A stretch of 64,000 bases of DNA from Podarcis bocagei (taxonomy: Eukaryota). Every line of letters begins with the position of its first letter. Position 1 is the first letter of the stretch. The translations under genes and the position numbers were made by a program. Under the pieces are notes generated by a model that saw nothing but the letters and a program-made list of their open reading frames with translations, did not search any database and was not told the origin of the DNA. Below are positions 40,243 to 54,081 of the stretch, piece by piece. Location of the stretch: NCBI GenBank assembly GCA_964188305.1, contig OZ076890.1; one strand, written 5' to 3'.

Positions 40243-41224
40243 CATCCCACAAATTTACAACCAATGTACTGTCACACAACTTATCAACTTATCATGGCTA
40301 CTTGTGCTCACTTTTGACCTTTCTTTGCTCTGTTCATAGCCAGTTACCATGCAGCCTGAGCAAGTCTAAAGCTGCAACAAGGTAGAGTCTACCTTAAAAT
40401 GCAAAACTGTAGTTTACATCTCACGCAAAACTATATCTAGATGTTTCAGTGCCTGCTCCATAATGCAACTGCCATATCATCTGAGCAGTTTGTGCCTAAT
40501 GCAGATGGGCTTGCAGAGCAAAACAGGGAAGTATAAAGCAGATATCTGGACACAACTGCAGAAGTGAGGATTCTGTGGAGCTTAGCTGAACATACCTAAT
40601 ATTCAGGTTTCAATATATTTTGCTGTTGGGAATTTGCACAGTCCTAAAGAGTTATGGTGCTCAAATCTAGAGACAGATTGCACTATGAGAAACAGTCTGT
40701 TGTTTACAGACAAAAATTTGGAAAGAATCTTATAAGACAAAAGTCCTTGGTAACCATAATTTCATCTCAAAGTCAAAGTAATTTTTGAGAAGATTAGAGC
40801 TTTATATTTAATCAATAAAACAACAATGACAAAAATATATAGCTCTGTAGAAAACAATAGCTTATAATGTCAGTGTTTAAGGAAAAAATGCCTATAACAA
40901 AATATAGATTTCAAACTTCAATATATATATATATAAATATATATATATAGCAAAAAACAAATCAATGTCAATTGAGGGTTCAATTATTTTATCATGCTAT
41001 TCTGCTTCCAAATATAGTGGGAAAGTTTGGAGAACCACATTCCGGCTGAATAAGACAAGATATGAACAAGCTTTACCTCATTAATGGAGCCTCTCCACAC
41101 AAGCCGGAAAATGAAACAAAGTCCTCCCTGAGTTATAGTTTCCTGAACAAACTGAGATACTGAAGCTATTAACCATAGTTCCTTGTTAGAAAACTATAGC
41201 TAACGGAAAACTTCCTGGTTTGCT

Positions 41225-41476
41225 CAGAGACGGAGTGAGGTGGGTGTGGTCTGCCCCGGGTGCCATCCCTGAGAGGGGGTGACATAGCCGCCAAACACCC
41301 CCCCCCAGAGGCCCACAGCAGCCGGCGCGCACACGCCGGGATGTGTGCGGTGACTGGCGTGCACCTCCAGGAGGCGTGTGGCAGACCCCTGGATGCTAGC
41401 CCCGCCCCCACAGGTGGCTAGCCCTGCCCCTGGGTGCACACCACTCCGGGTGCTGGAGCACCTAGCTCCGCCTCTG
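41225..41476. mobile_element. GC-rich hAT-type non-autonomous element
   Basis: Perfect 8-bp TSD GGTTTGCT (41217-24, 41477-84), TIRs CAGAGACGGAG / CTCCGCCTCTG. Confidence 0.9.
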
Positions 41477-42826
41477 GGTTTGCTGGCTGACTCGTGTGAT
41501 TGAAGGAGCAAAGGGGCTGCATAGATGGGCAAAATACTTGCTCATATCTTGAGCTATTAAGCTTAGGTAAGTCATACCCTGAGAGCCCCTATTTTGAAAC
41601 TCCCATCTTCTTGGGACTCCCTTCTCACTGAGTATTTCTGACTGCGGGATCACACCCAGTAGCTCCTTCAGCTTTTTGAAAATAGCCTTAATTCGAGAGT
41701 GCGTATCTGACTACACTCAGTTTTCTCTTGCCTCTGTATCCTGAAGCCCAGGAGAACATGATCACTTCCTCCCAAGTTTCTGAGCACTTCCACCGCATAT
41801 CCATTTTGCATATGCAAGTTTTAATAAACATAAATCTGAGATATACCTATTGTATACTGATACTAAAAAAACACATAGTAGGTCCCAAAAGAGTATACAG
41901 ATGATTCCATAGGGATTGCAGTTGAAAGGTTTCCTATGATTCAGGTAACATAGCTATCATATAGACAGTAACATTTTTTCTGGTATGCATTTCATATATT
42001 TATCAAATTTTATTTCGTGATGTTCACACACCTTGTAAGCACAAAGTATCAATCAGACATTTACAAAAAATAGTGTACTGAAGATGTGAGGAACATAGAA
42101 AGTTCAAGAAAGATACTGTAAATATCTAAAATTGCAGTGTTTCTCTTTTCACTGGGAATAACTGGGAAATGCTGTGGGAAGTACAAAAAAAGAAGGCTGA
42201 ATCAAATGTAAGTCTTGCATGACAGCCCAGAGAATCTGAATTCAGGTGGAGAAAACACAATTTATACTTAATTAAAAAGCATACATGCACAGAAGTACAT
42301 ACATGCTTTTTATTTAATTTTTTTTTGCCTTATTCATCAGTCATAAATAGGGTGCTTAGCCAAGCAAACTATTAGACAGATAAGCTCAAGTTACAGAATG
42401 TCTAGCTGCATATCTCAGTATTAGTTATATTATGAACTGCCTCACTGTATACAAATCTGCAAGACGAAACTACTTTTCAAATTGTTACAAACTCTCTCAT
42501 ACTCAAAAGGCAGATACAAAATGTTGAACATAATTCAACAATTACATACTTGCTAATCTTTTCTTCATTACTTTACATAAATAAAATAAAACCACACACA
42601 CAACTGATTTGTGACTGGACACAATGGCAATTTGACTAGCTAAGGAAAATATTTAACTTGTAGAGAGAAAAGACAGTTGTTATTATTAATTTTAACTTTT
42701 TTTATTTATATCACACCTTTTTCCCTGACAGGACTCAAGGCAGCTTACAGATCAAAATAAGAACCATTAAAAAATAGAAAAATCATCACTAGAAAACAAG
42801 TAAACATTGATAGAATTAAATCTATA

Positions 42827-43068
42827 CAGTGGTACCTCAGGTTACATACGCTTCAGGTTACATATGCTTCAGGTTACAGACTCTGCTAACCCAGAAATAG
42901 TGCTTCAGGTTAAGAACTTTGGTTCAGGATGAGAACAGAAATTGTGCTCCGGTGGCGCGGCAGCAGCAGGAGGCCCCATTAGCTAAAGTGGTGCTTCAGG
43001 TTAAGAACAGTTTCAGGTTAAGTACAGACCTCTGGAACGAATTAAGTACTTAACCCGAGGTACCACTG
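42827..43068. mobile_element. Tc1/mariner-superfamily MITE (242 bp)
   Basis: TIRs CAGTGGTACCTC(A/G)GGTTA, TA TSD, internal GCTTCAGGTTA repeats. Confidence 0.93.
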
Positions 43069-43625
43069 TATATGTATATAAAATATTTGAAAGCCCTACC
43101 AATAAATACAATAAAAAGTTCTAATTGTCCTAATTCTATACACGCATATATACAGACAAAAGGTAAAGTGATAGGACCATTGCTTAAACAAATGTGAATT
43201 GCCTTCTCAAAGTTTTCCATATATAGCTAATTAGTACAATGAAAGTAGAATAGTACTGTACAACATAAACAACTACTATACTGATAAATTCATGTAAGCA
43301 CCTCTTCCTCCAACAATCACAGTCAAGTCTGAGACTAGAGTGAAGATGCAGTGAAGTTTCCCTTACAAAAGGGAGGCTTTGGCTGCAGCATATTAAAATG
43401 TTTATGGCTTTGGGGTAGTAGCATAAACTGTTTCTTATATGAATGCTACTCCGTATTTATATAAAACAGAAATTAAGAGACCAGTCAAGGATTATACGTT
43501 ATTATTTTATCTGCCATTATCAACACCACCAAAGACACAAAGTCACTGGAATCTTAGTTGCATTTTATATCTAGTCTGGATGTAACAATTAATCTTAGTT
43601 GTGCTCCTGCTTTAACTTTTCAGCA

Positions 43626-44411
43626 GTTGCAGCTGGGAGGGTAGGTGGGATTGGAAGGTAGGCTTCCCAGACAGACAGCTGGCAACATCAGCTGGCTCAG
43701 CTGGCTGTGGGGAGTGACAGGACACTTCCTCACCTCAACTATGAATTGGCCAGTCATGGCCAGGTTGTGGGGCAGACCCGAGTCAAGCCTGCCTTTGCTC
43801 AGGTCAGTCTCCGTCGCATTTGAATTGGTTGTGCTTGCTTCCTGCAGTACAGTTGGCAACTGACCTCCCACTCTGCATGTTTTGGCCCTGTCCAAAGGTA
43901 AGCAGGAGGTGCATGTGTATGAGAAGTTACTCAGTCACTGTATTCGGGACTGGGGAGGATTTGGCCTACAGTCAAATTGGTTTGCTTGGGAGGTTTTGCC
44001 TACCTCACAGCAACTGTCACTACTTGCTGGAGGCAAAAGGCATTGAGTAGGATCCTTAGTCTAATCAGAGGGGGTGGGAAGGTGTCTTGCCCCCTTTCCT
44101 CCAGATCAAAGTATCAGTGTACCCTCATAAAGAGGCCCAAGAGGAAGGATCTTTTCTGTATGCCCAGATTGGGGTAACAAATAGTGTCCTGGAGTGTTCA
44201 TCCATATTTGATGTACATCCTATAGGGATCCTTAACTCAGGATTGACCCTGATGAAGTATACAGCCAGCAATTGGGCTGGTTGATTTAGCATTCATACCA
44301 AATGCCTATTCCAAAGCCTACTGACATCTGTACTCAATAAAGTCGTAGCCATCTCAATCCCAAAAATGTTGTCATGTCATTTATTGCTTCCTGTGCCCCT
44401 ACTCTGGCAAC
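43626..44411 (+). mobile_element. LTR-like solo repeat (~785 bp; LTR or Ngaro/DIRS group)
   Basis: GC-elevated block with termini GTTGC...GCAAC and AATAAAGTCGTAGCCA ~70 bp from the 3' end. Confidence 0.6.
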
Positions 44412-45928
44412 CTCATGCTCACTGCGAATGGGCCCACAAATAGACTTGCATGGTTCAGGAGTACACATTCCCCGCACCAGTTCTTTTTTAGAACATTGTG
44501 TGAGCGTAACAACTGGAAATGAAAGACACTTGTGTATCATGTGGCTGCTGATTCCATAATGTTCTAAGTTTACTCTTAAAGTCTGTATATTCTTCCACAA
44601 GTAAATATTCATTGTTTAGTCCAGCTTTAGTCCGTTAGGCTACCTTAAGCTATATGGATAATATTGCTCTATGCAGGCATTCTCTGGTGATTGTAACAAC
44701 CCAAAATGTTATCTGTCACACTGATTTTGTAAAATCAGTCTTGATAATCTAATAGGTAAATTCGTTTCATATACCTCCAGTAGTTTAAACTTCTACAAAC
44801 CAAATTAGGCTTTCCGTCTCAGCTGTACAAACCTAAACTCTCCAAAATGAAATTGAAAGTGACAAGTGTTCAGTTACATGGATTCCAACTGAGTGAAACA
44901 AAAACAAACTATTCTCTCAGGAAGGCATAAGAGAGAAGGTATTCATACTCTTCAACTTCAGCCACAAAGCTCCTAAACCAGGAGGTCAGGATGCATGGAC
45001 AAAATTAGTTATCTGAAACAGTACCCCATATAATTCTTAAAGCTTTTTGTGGGGGAAGGGGGCTGCATTTCTGAAAGGCAGATATAAGAGAGGGATAAAG
45101 GCTGAATTATTCCAGTTCTTCAGCTGATACACAGAAATATGGTGTAATATGAAACCACAATTTGGCATCTTATGAGTCTCAGGCAAGCTATGCTGGAAGG
45201 AAAATATAACATATCTCTATTTTATATACTAGATCAAACTTCAAAGGCATATGGAAATTCCAGCTTCTAACACCTATCAGATACTATCATCCTTTTGATG
45301 TTCCTTTCCTGTTTGAGCTGCATAATAGGCAAAATTCTGTCATTTTTATCCATTGTGAGTAGCTAGAGGACCTCAGTCAAAACTATGATACTTTGTGTAG
45401 TGTTCCCCACTCCATATTTACTCACTAAGATATTTCCCCACTTTGATCTTAAAGTCTCTTAATAGAACCAATTAACTAGCTTAGATTAACAAAAAAGTGT
45501 AAAGTGCTTGCTATATCCAAGTACAGAGAGAGGAAAATAGAGGGGGGGGAAGAGATGAGCGAGTACTGTGCCTTTCACCCTAAAAAAATATTAGATACTC
45601 TAAGGTAGCACATTTTAAAAGCATCTGAAGTGCCTGCACAAAGTGTCCAGTTCCCTTCATCAGTTTGACACTGAACTCATCGCAAAGAGACAAGGTGTCA
45701 ACACAGCTGGTACCAGCAGGTTCCTTAGAAAATAGAAGAAGCACACCAGACCTTTTCTATCCCAGACTAGAGGAATTAATAAGGAAACAGCAATCAGATC
45801 AGAATGCAATCAGAATCACTATGTTGGCAGCATCATTACTTCTTCAAGGGACTCTTTACCACCTGCTACGCCATCCTCCCGACCCAGAGTGGTGTGTTTT
45901 TTTCCATGCAGAGACAGACATTGTAGCC

Positions 45929-46060
45929 CAGGGATAGGGAACCTGAAGGCCTCCAAAAGCTTTGTTTACAACTCCCATCGTAAACTGGCAAAATGGTCAA
46001 TGGCTAGGGAATATGGAAGCTGACGCCCTCCAAAGGGAGGGCCACAGCTTCCCTTTCCTA
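45929..46060. mobile_element. Old palindromic hAT-type MITE
   Basis: CAGGGATAGGGAACCTG ... CAGCTTCCCTTTCCT termini and tacaactcccatc core. Confidence 0.6.
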
Positions 46061-49000
46061 GTATAGCTGTTGGCAGATGGCTAGGTGGTGAAAGAGCATT
46101 ATCAAGTCAGAAGGCAAGGGCACCCAGTATGGACTGTGAGTGACTGCATTACTTCAGATCACAGTCATGTGAACAGGTTCACCATTATATGCCCAGGAAC
46201 TCTTGCTACAAAAAATGACAGTCTCCAGAATCGGGTGAGCTTTGTGTGCTAGGAATATGAACGCTGCAACGTGAGTATGATAATTATTAAGAAGCTGCTT
46301 TGGCTTTCATGATTGTGAAGGATACGAGTAAAGAGAGAATTTAAAAAATAACACAAAAAATGAGAAAATGTCTTAGAATTGCATAATTAAACTGTTATAA
46401 ATCAAGTTACTGGGGGGGGGTATGCCTTGCCATAGTAAAATCCAGAATTCCTTCTGTGTCACACCTTAAATAGACTGACACAATCACTAAGCTACAAACC
46501 AGGGTTAAACAAACTGGTTTGTGCATGAGCTGTGTGTTCTCATGATTGAAACTGAAGCCTTCCTTCCTGCAGGAGGTCATGGTTTATTTTGAGCAAAGCA
46601 AACCTTAACTGCTGGTTTGGCTATAAAAAAAAGCCAGTCTCTCTGTAGTTTGTTCCCCTGCTGGAAGAAGGGAGTAGGAAAGTAGAGGTGCTCAAGCGAC
46701 ATGAACACAGCTTGCACACACTGATTTACACAATTGTATTTTATGGCTTAGCATTGCTACATGCAGTGAACAACTTATCCAAGTTTGAGTGTGGGTTCTA
46801 GGTCTTTAAAAAGTGCTACTGCATCACCTTAATGGACTACTTATCTAGTCTTCAGGTAATTGGAATTTTCCAGCCTCTCAGCCTATTCAGTGAGTTAGGC
46901 ACAGTTCCATTTTAAAAAGCCCAAATCTTGGCAAGCAGAAAACTAGTGAGAAACTAGCAACTGGAAAAGTTCTAGATCTGTTCACTCCCCACAGAAGTTT
47001 CCGTCTTATCGCAATCATACCCAAGGAAGCAATAAAACTGTGATTGCTCTATTGCATAGAGTAGACCAATACTCCACCATCAGATCTCTTTCATCTTAAT
47101 GTGCTGTAGGTATAGATTTTAACTATTAGGGATACCCAGAAAAGCAAGGAATCCAGTTTATACAGCAGGAACAATGAATTCAAAACACACTTAAGGAATC
47201 AACCACTTGGTGGACAATGTGAGGTTTCAACAGTCATATAAAAGGGGTGGGGGACAAGAAAATATTTCTTTCTTTCTTGACAGCAATATTTTCTCTGTAA
47301 CTAAAAGGGCAGATGTTAACAAAACAAGCCTGTCATGTAGCAACCACTGCACCTATTACTATCTTTCCATCACACGGCAGCGGTCAAGTGTCATTGCGAT
47401 CAACTTCAAGCACAACAACTTATTAGGATGATGAATCAAAGGTTCTGGCAAAGTCCTGGCAAATGTGTTTTGTTAACTTTAACCCTTTAGAATGGATCTG
47501 AAAACTAAGAGGATAACAGAACAACCTATATGAACTTGGAGGAATGTTATATGTATAATGTTAGGACATTATTAAAGTAACAGCAATGTTTATTTTTCTT
47601 CACCATCTTTCTTTTTGTAAATTAAAAGCAGAGCAGTTAAGCTTTTGGAAATTGTGATTTAAACACAAAATACATGCATTTCTATTTTCCATTTCTGTGG
47701 ATAAGAGGATAAAAGGAAAATACCTTTTGGCTACAAAAGATCTCATTACCATCTCTAGTTTACTTTTGCTAAATAATTTTACTGACTTTCTCCTGCCCTA
47801 TATTCATTGTTGGATCTCAAAAAACAAGCCTTGCTTTAACGTATGATGGGATCTTAAACCAAAATAAGTACTCCTCTCTTGAAGGAATACTTGGTCAGAA
47901 ATCTTAACATATTGCATCAGCTTCTGCTAAACCAGACCACCCTCCTAGCTACCACATTGCGTTATATACTTTTAAAATTTACCACTGGAATGTTACAAAT
48001 CCAGTCTGGTAAAATTTGTTCCATCAAACAAGAATGAAAGCATCTGACATATCCATATGTTGTTGCATAGAATCCAACCCTTCTCACCCCCCAGCACCTT
48101 TTAAGGTTTCCTACTGTGTATCCTCAAAACATGAACCAGTCTTTCTGCAATCAGACTGTTATGCAGGGAGGAGGTTGCCTATGCTTAAAGTTAGGAAAGC
48201 TGTGCATACCTGCAATAAATTAAACTTTCCCTGATGATATCAGATTCAGCCTACAATATGCATTTCTAGACAGCTTGCTGACAGCTCAATATTAGCATGA
48301 TCAAAGTTATCCTATTTTTCATCTTGAAACCCCTTCTCAATTTCTACTATTCATTGCTGCTATTCAAAAATATATCATGCCACTTCAGATCATATCCATT
48401 TGATCAACTTTTATCCCTGCTTCCTTTTTCTTCCCTCTATACATCTATAGTGGCTATCACATCCTGTCACTTCTCTTCTGCTCGTTCATATTACGACAGA
48501 AGGGGTTTTTTTTAGCACAATAACCTTTCCAAATAGAAAAGACCATTCAAGGGAGAAGAAAAGGAAGAAAAAAGAGGCCTAAGGACTGGACCATTTCCTC
48601 TCTAAAATGTGGCCCTAATTTTCTTCCCTTATTATTAAGCATTCTAACAATGTCCACTTTTTATGTCAGTAGTAATGCAACATCATTTTACTATAATGTA
48701 GGAAGCTTGGATGACTCCGCTTATATCCACCAATGATCAAAAACCAGGAGGCTTTTGATCAGTTGACATATGCTGTATATATCTTTCCTTTTTAGAAAAC
48801 CAGCCTGTCTGACAAGCTTTGCTGCCTTCCTCTCACTGCCTACTGTCAGAGAGACATTTAAGACTAGTGGACGCCATACAGTCACACTATACAGTGATCA
48901 CAAGCCAGCACTTGGAAATGCTGTGCAAAACAATAGGAAATTGGTTATTAGCTCAATATAAATTTTCAGATCAATAACAGATGTTAGAAAGAAACATTTT

Positions 49001-49194
49001 CCGATTGCATATTACTGGCATACAGTTCGACTAAAACTTTGATAACTGTGAGCTCAAAGTTCCAATGTAAGACTAACCTAGACAGTTGCAGCTGAAGATC
49101 TGATGCATTGCTGGAAACACCATGTCCTGTGTTTCTGTTCATCACTGTGGTGATGACTTCTAATTAATAGTTGTCCAGCTTGTCCTTAATTAGG

Positions 49195-49310
49195 TATATA
49201 TAGAGTCAAACCAATGGTCCATCTAATCCAGCACTGGTTTTTCTGACTGGCAGCAGCAATCCAAATCTCAGACAGAGAGGCCTTTCCTAGGCCTGTTACC
49301 TGAGATTTTT
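49195..49310 (-). mobile_element. Squam3-like SINE 3' part
   Basis: gagtcaaaccaatggtccatctaatccagc...ctgactggcagcagc...ctcagacagagagg. Confidence 0.7.
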
Positions 49311-49483
49311 AAAAGTGAAGAACTTAATTTTGGACTGCCTGAATATAAATCACAAAGGAGGCTACCTGTACCCACAGCAGCCCCTTTGTGAAAGGAATGG
49401 TGCACCAAAAGTCCAGATACCAATGTACCAAGGACATAATTACACAGTATGTCAGAGATCCAAATGGCTTCAGACCATATTGC

Positions 49484-50256
49484 AGTTGCGCATCGAGGTT
49501 CCCAAGCCACCCCAATAACTCACACCACACACATCAATTTTTGTTTAAGGTTTTTGGCATGAATTTGGCCACAACTTTATTTAAATACACACACGTGAGT
49601 GGTTGCTTAGGGATTGGTTACGACTATCTGTTCTTGCCCCAGGGACAGAACCGACTTCCAGATTCCAGCGGAAGCCATCCAGGGAAAACAATATTGGGGA
49701 GAAAAGAAGCTGGGCATCAGTCCCTCATTTCTCACCCTCACGCCCCCGGGGGCTTGCACGGCCCAAGTCCGATGCCAGGGACTAGGACAAAAGGATGGCA
49801 AGCCCCTGGATTCCTTTAACGGAATTCCCTATGCAGCAGCACCATTGGAGGGGTAGGCACTTACCCTTCCACCAGCCAATTTTAACCAATGCCTAACCGC
49901 CAACCTTACAAGTTGTGACGATTTGCTACGCAGTAGGCAAAAACCAAATGGCAACAGCCTATCAGCCAAATGGACAAAATTCCTACCAGGCCCCTGCCCC
50001 CAAAGCAGACAACCCCATGACAGGCATAGCAAGGTCAGAGAGCAATGAACCACCCCTTTTCAGGGAGGGTGGGTGGGTGATCCAGTGCACACAGCCCAAG
50101 AGAAAGCCCCAAGCTGCATGCCCTGTATTTAAGCCCCCTGACCCCTCCCACCAATTTGCAACATAACAAACTCCCCAGCAACACACTTTTGCCCAATCAC
50201 AGCTCATGGCCTTTAACCAAACAACAGTGGGGTGGCTGCAGGCCCCCACCGCAACA
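49484..50256 (-). mobile_element. LTR-like solo repeat (773 bp; LTR or Ngaro/DIRS group)
   Basis: Termini (A)GTTGCG...CGCAACA. The minus strand has TATA-like TTAAATA near 50125 and AATAAAGTTGTGGCCA near 49580. GC-rich. Confidence 0.7.
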
Positions 50257-50289
50257 CGTGCTCTTTGTTATGGATAACACGCTCTATCC

Positions 50290-50616
50290 CATACCCTAAC
50301 ATTTCTCTTATGAAAATAGGGACGTCCCAGTCCATAATGATAATTTTGCTATTTATACCCCACACATCTTATTGGGTTGCCCCAGCATTCTGGGCAGCTT
50401 CCTGCATATATAAAAACATAATAAAACATTAAACATAAAAAACCCACTTCCCTATACAGGATTGTCTTCAGATTGCCTTCAGAACACCATACTCTCCAAC
50501 ATTTCTCCAATGAAAATAGGGACATCCTAAGGAAATGGAGGACATGCCAGGATCAAATCAGAAACCTGGACGGCTTCTCTAAATCAGGGCTGTCCCTGGA
50601 AAATAGGGAGGGTCTG
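50290..50616. mobile_element. Composite hAT-type element with duplicated left end and captured LINE tail
   Basis: CATACCCT..GAAAATAGGGAC at 50290 and again at 50488, ending AGGGTCTG. Confidence 0.7.
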
Positions 50617-52906
50617 CTATCTTTAATCTATGAAGTTAGGGTAAAACTATAAAATTATGAATAGTTTTGTATTCACAAACTTTAATCACCAATTATCTAG
50701 AAAGAAATTATTTTTTAAGTCACCATCATCTATACAGTTTTCATAATTTAACCAGCTTTGTACCTTAAGCACTTATACGAGTGCTCGGTATGCATTCTGA
50801 TACGTTTTGAAATACATATTATACCTGTTATACCATTTTATTCATTCCACAAATTATGTCAGGATTCATATTCAACAAAGTGCCATCATACAACCCCTCA
50901 TCTCCATTTTAGCTGGCCTTCCTCCTTTCATGCTTGACATAAGAACAGTGAATAAAGAAAGACACAGCAGTGGTTTCTAACAGCAGTTAAAGTATTTCCA
51001 TTTTGCTCCAAGTTCAATTCCCATGTGATAATTTTCAATAAGCTTTTAGTATGAACAGAGATTAAGTTGAAAACTTAAACTATACCTTTCAGAAAGCGAG
51101 GAGAAAGTGTGAATTACGCTTTCAAGGAAGAGTGGTACATCACAACCATTACCCATAATTATCCATTTTTAAGCTAAGGTAGGAAGCAGATGTGAGGAAT
51201 AAGACAAACGTATATATTAAAAGGCTACAGAATCTTAATGGTATCAGCAATGTGACCTTGAGAAATTCAGTGTTTCCAGAGGAATGTTATTTACTGAGCA
51301 AGTTTGCTTCTATATGAAAATACTGTCTAAATACCATTTAGAAATTAGCCAAAACCAGAAAAGCATATGACGCTGAATTTGCAATGACTTAAATAAAACT
51401 TTAACTCTCCCAAAGGAGTTTGTACACATACTTGCTATTTACCCTCAAAGTTCAGAATACATTGCATTGCTACTATCGCTGCATTGCAGCTCTCTTGGTA
51501 ATTTAAGTTTGGAGTAAAATTATTTCTCAAGAGTTTTTAAAGAATACTGAAACACGGTATTTGAAAGTAGTCTGACTGAGCTCTATAAGACAATTCAGGT
51601 CATAAACCTGCATCCCAAACACTACTTGAATAGTGCTATTTATTCAATTGATTTTTAATTGACCCTCTGTAATAGTTAAGTGCTGATTTGGACTGCAATC
51701 CAGAACATACTTAAAACTACATCTAAGGAAGAAATATGTTGTGTTTACCAATCTGAGATTTGCATCACTTGTCAACAATTACTGATTAAGATTACATTTG
51801 TTTTAATTTTGTCATGCTATTTTACTTGTTTTATCATGCACTTCAGTTCATTTTTTTGTGATTCTTATGGTAGTATGGTATTTTAAATTCCTCCCAAATA
51901 CTTATACTACATTTGTACAGCAACCTTTACAACACCAGGTTTTCAACTAGTTTACTGCCATGGCTTTTATTTTAAAACCCAAGGCTGCCGAGAAGCTACA
52001 ACATCAAATTCTTGGCAGTCTCAAACCTACAGCTCCCAAGATTCCTTGGAAGGAAGCCATGACAGTCAAAACAGTTAAAACAAGTATAATTTGGTAGTAT
52101 ATTTGAACCTTCACTGAAATTAAACAAAGTTATTTTGGGAAGAGGGGAAAGGTTGAAATGTGTTTAAGGTTAACAATGTTGTGAAAACCTATTCATTACT
52201 GCCCTATTAAATGTTGGGGAAAACATGGAAAAGTCCTTTCTCTTCCTTGTAAGAAGGAGACTAGGTAAAGCTGTAAATGAACTCCAGTTAAGTTCCAGAA
52301 AAAGTATGTTTTCACCATTTTGCATCTCAGTGCCTTTTCTTTATAAAGAAAACCCCAATTGATAGAAAAAGAAGAGTGTTATGCTTGCATGTCTGATTTA
52401 TTTTATTCACCTCTTTAGGGGAACTTTAGTAGTTTGAGGTACAGAAGGATTTATTGTGTCATTTGTACTACAATTTCCCTCCGGAGAGATCAAGTTTTCA
52501 TGTCTCTATTCCTCTATAAAGAGAATAGAAGGGCAGACTAAGTTGGAAGATCATGTTTCCTCACTGTCCACATTCTTTTGTCCATCCACTGAAGCCTAGT
52601 CTGTGGTGATATTCAAGACAGAGTCTTCTTGTTTTCCCAGGGTAGTAATTTCCAATAGCTATATGTACTGTATGCATTTCTCAATACTATCTGGAGCATT
52701 AAATAATTACATTAGAAGCAGGAGGCTCTTTCCATTTGTTCTTTTCCTGTTGAAACTCGAACACAGATAGCTTGTGTTTCTGATTAGAAAAGACTGAAAC
52801 ATAGAACTTAAATTAGAATTTAAGACTGCCAACATAGGCAGGCTCACAATGTGAAATTAAAGCGTTTTCTCTTGTATATTGGGTATCTAATTATTAGGAC
52901 TTAGTT

Positions 52907-52943
52907 GATATAGATAGATGATAGATAGATATAGATAGATAGA
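52907..52943. repeat. (GATA)n imperfect microsatellite
   Basis: Direct reading. Confidence 0.9.
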
Positions 52944-54081
52944 TTATAGAAAGTCTCTTCCTATAAGCAGCAAGTGAACCAGTTTACTATTTATCAAATA
53001 GAAATGACAGAATTCTACTGATCCCACAAATAGGTTGTCTCCAACAAGGAATTACAAACTGGAAAAATAATATGTCAGGAAACTTCATAAAAAGGGCAGT
53101 CAAACAGAGAGCTAAAGCTATTACAGACAGACTGATTTGGAAACCAAGTCCCCACTTCTGAGACAGCAAACCTACAATGCAATCACGGTCTATTACATTT
53201 GTAAGAACATCAAATACTATTTATCCTGGCACTTAATTTCCATGAGTTTCCATGTTTGTTGCATAAGTTGCCATTTGAGGGTGTGCAAACTCTGTTGTAG
53301 CCCCCTTTCCAACTTTCCTTTCTTTCTCATATCTGTTCATGCATATTCATTCCCTAATCTGCTACTGCAGATGAGATGGGGTAAAGGGAACGTCCCCAGT
53401 GCTGATGCAAGTCAACAATCTCTCCCACTGGGAACCACATCCAAATGTGCACTGCATTTAAAGTAACAGGGCAAAGAAAAGACATTCACATTTGGTTGCC
53501 ATTTACCTAAACATGGGATGCAGGAGTAACTTATCTATTTTAGGCATAGGAGTCAGAAGTCAGCAATGAAACTGGGGAAGAGAGAGAATTTACTCAAATT
53601 TTAAAAGGGAGTATTTCTCCTTTTATGTGTGATATATATATATATTGCACATTTGAATTTATGAATATTGCTATTCTAAAGTACTGAACACGGGCAATGA
53701 CAACTGGAGAATTTATGATATGCATAGCACATATTTGGTAAGGCATTTCATAAATAATAGAATTTTTTTTTAGATTTTATGTATAACCAACATTGTGCCC
53801 TTCAGATGTTGATGGTGTCCATCTCTCACCTCCTCCAGCTTGGCCAATTGTCAAAGGATAAAGAGAGTTGTAATTCAACATCAGAGGCCACTCCTGATCT
53901 AGATAGACTAGACTATTAACCTGAGTAAATTCTAATAACTGATGTGCTAACAGAGTGTCTACCACAACACATGCAACTTCATCTAACACTGAAGGAGATC
54001 AAAAACACTGCCCCATAGTTGAAATTATCCTAATTGGCAGAGATTACAGCTAGTCACCACCATCCTTTCTGACCACTTCCA

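Noticed and set aside
44249-44290. CTGATGA followed by a hairpin, as a possible hammerhead
   Set aside because: No GAAA follows the stem and no helix I/III can be formed.
45634-45723. 90-nt open minus-strand segment with a good acceptor (EPAGTSCVDTLSLCDEFSVKLMKGTGHFVQ)
   Set aside because: Only a poor GC-type donor (GCACTT) follows, and the peptide is not recognised.
47428-47501. ATGATGA...CTGA spaced like a box C/D snoRNA
   Set aside because: No convincing terminal stem, C'/D' boxes or recognisable rRNA guide. Expected by chance.
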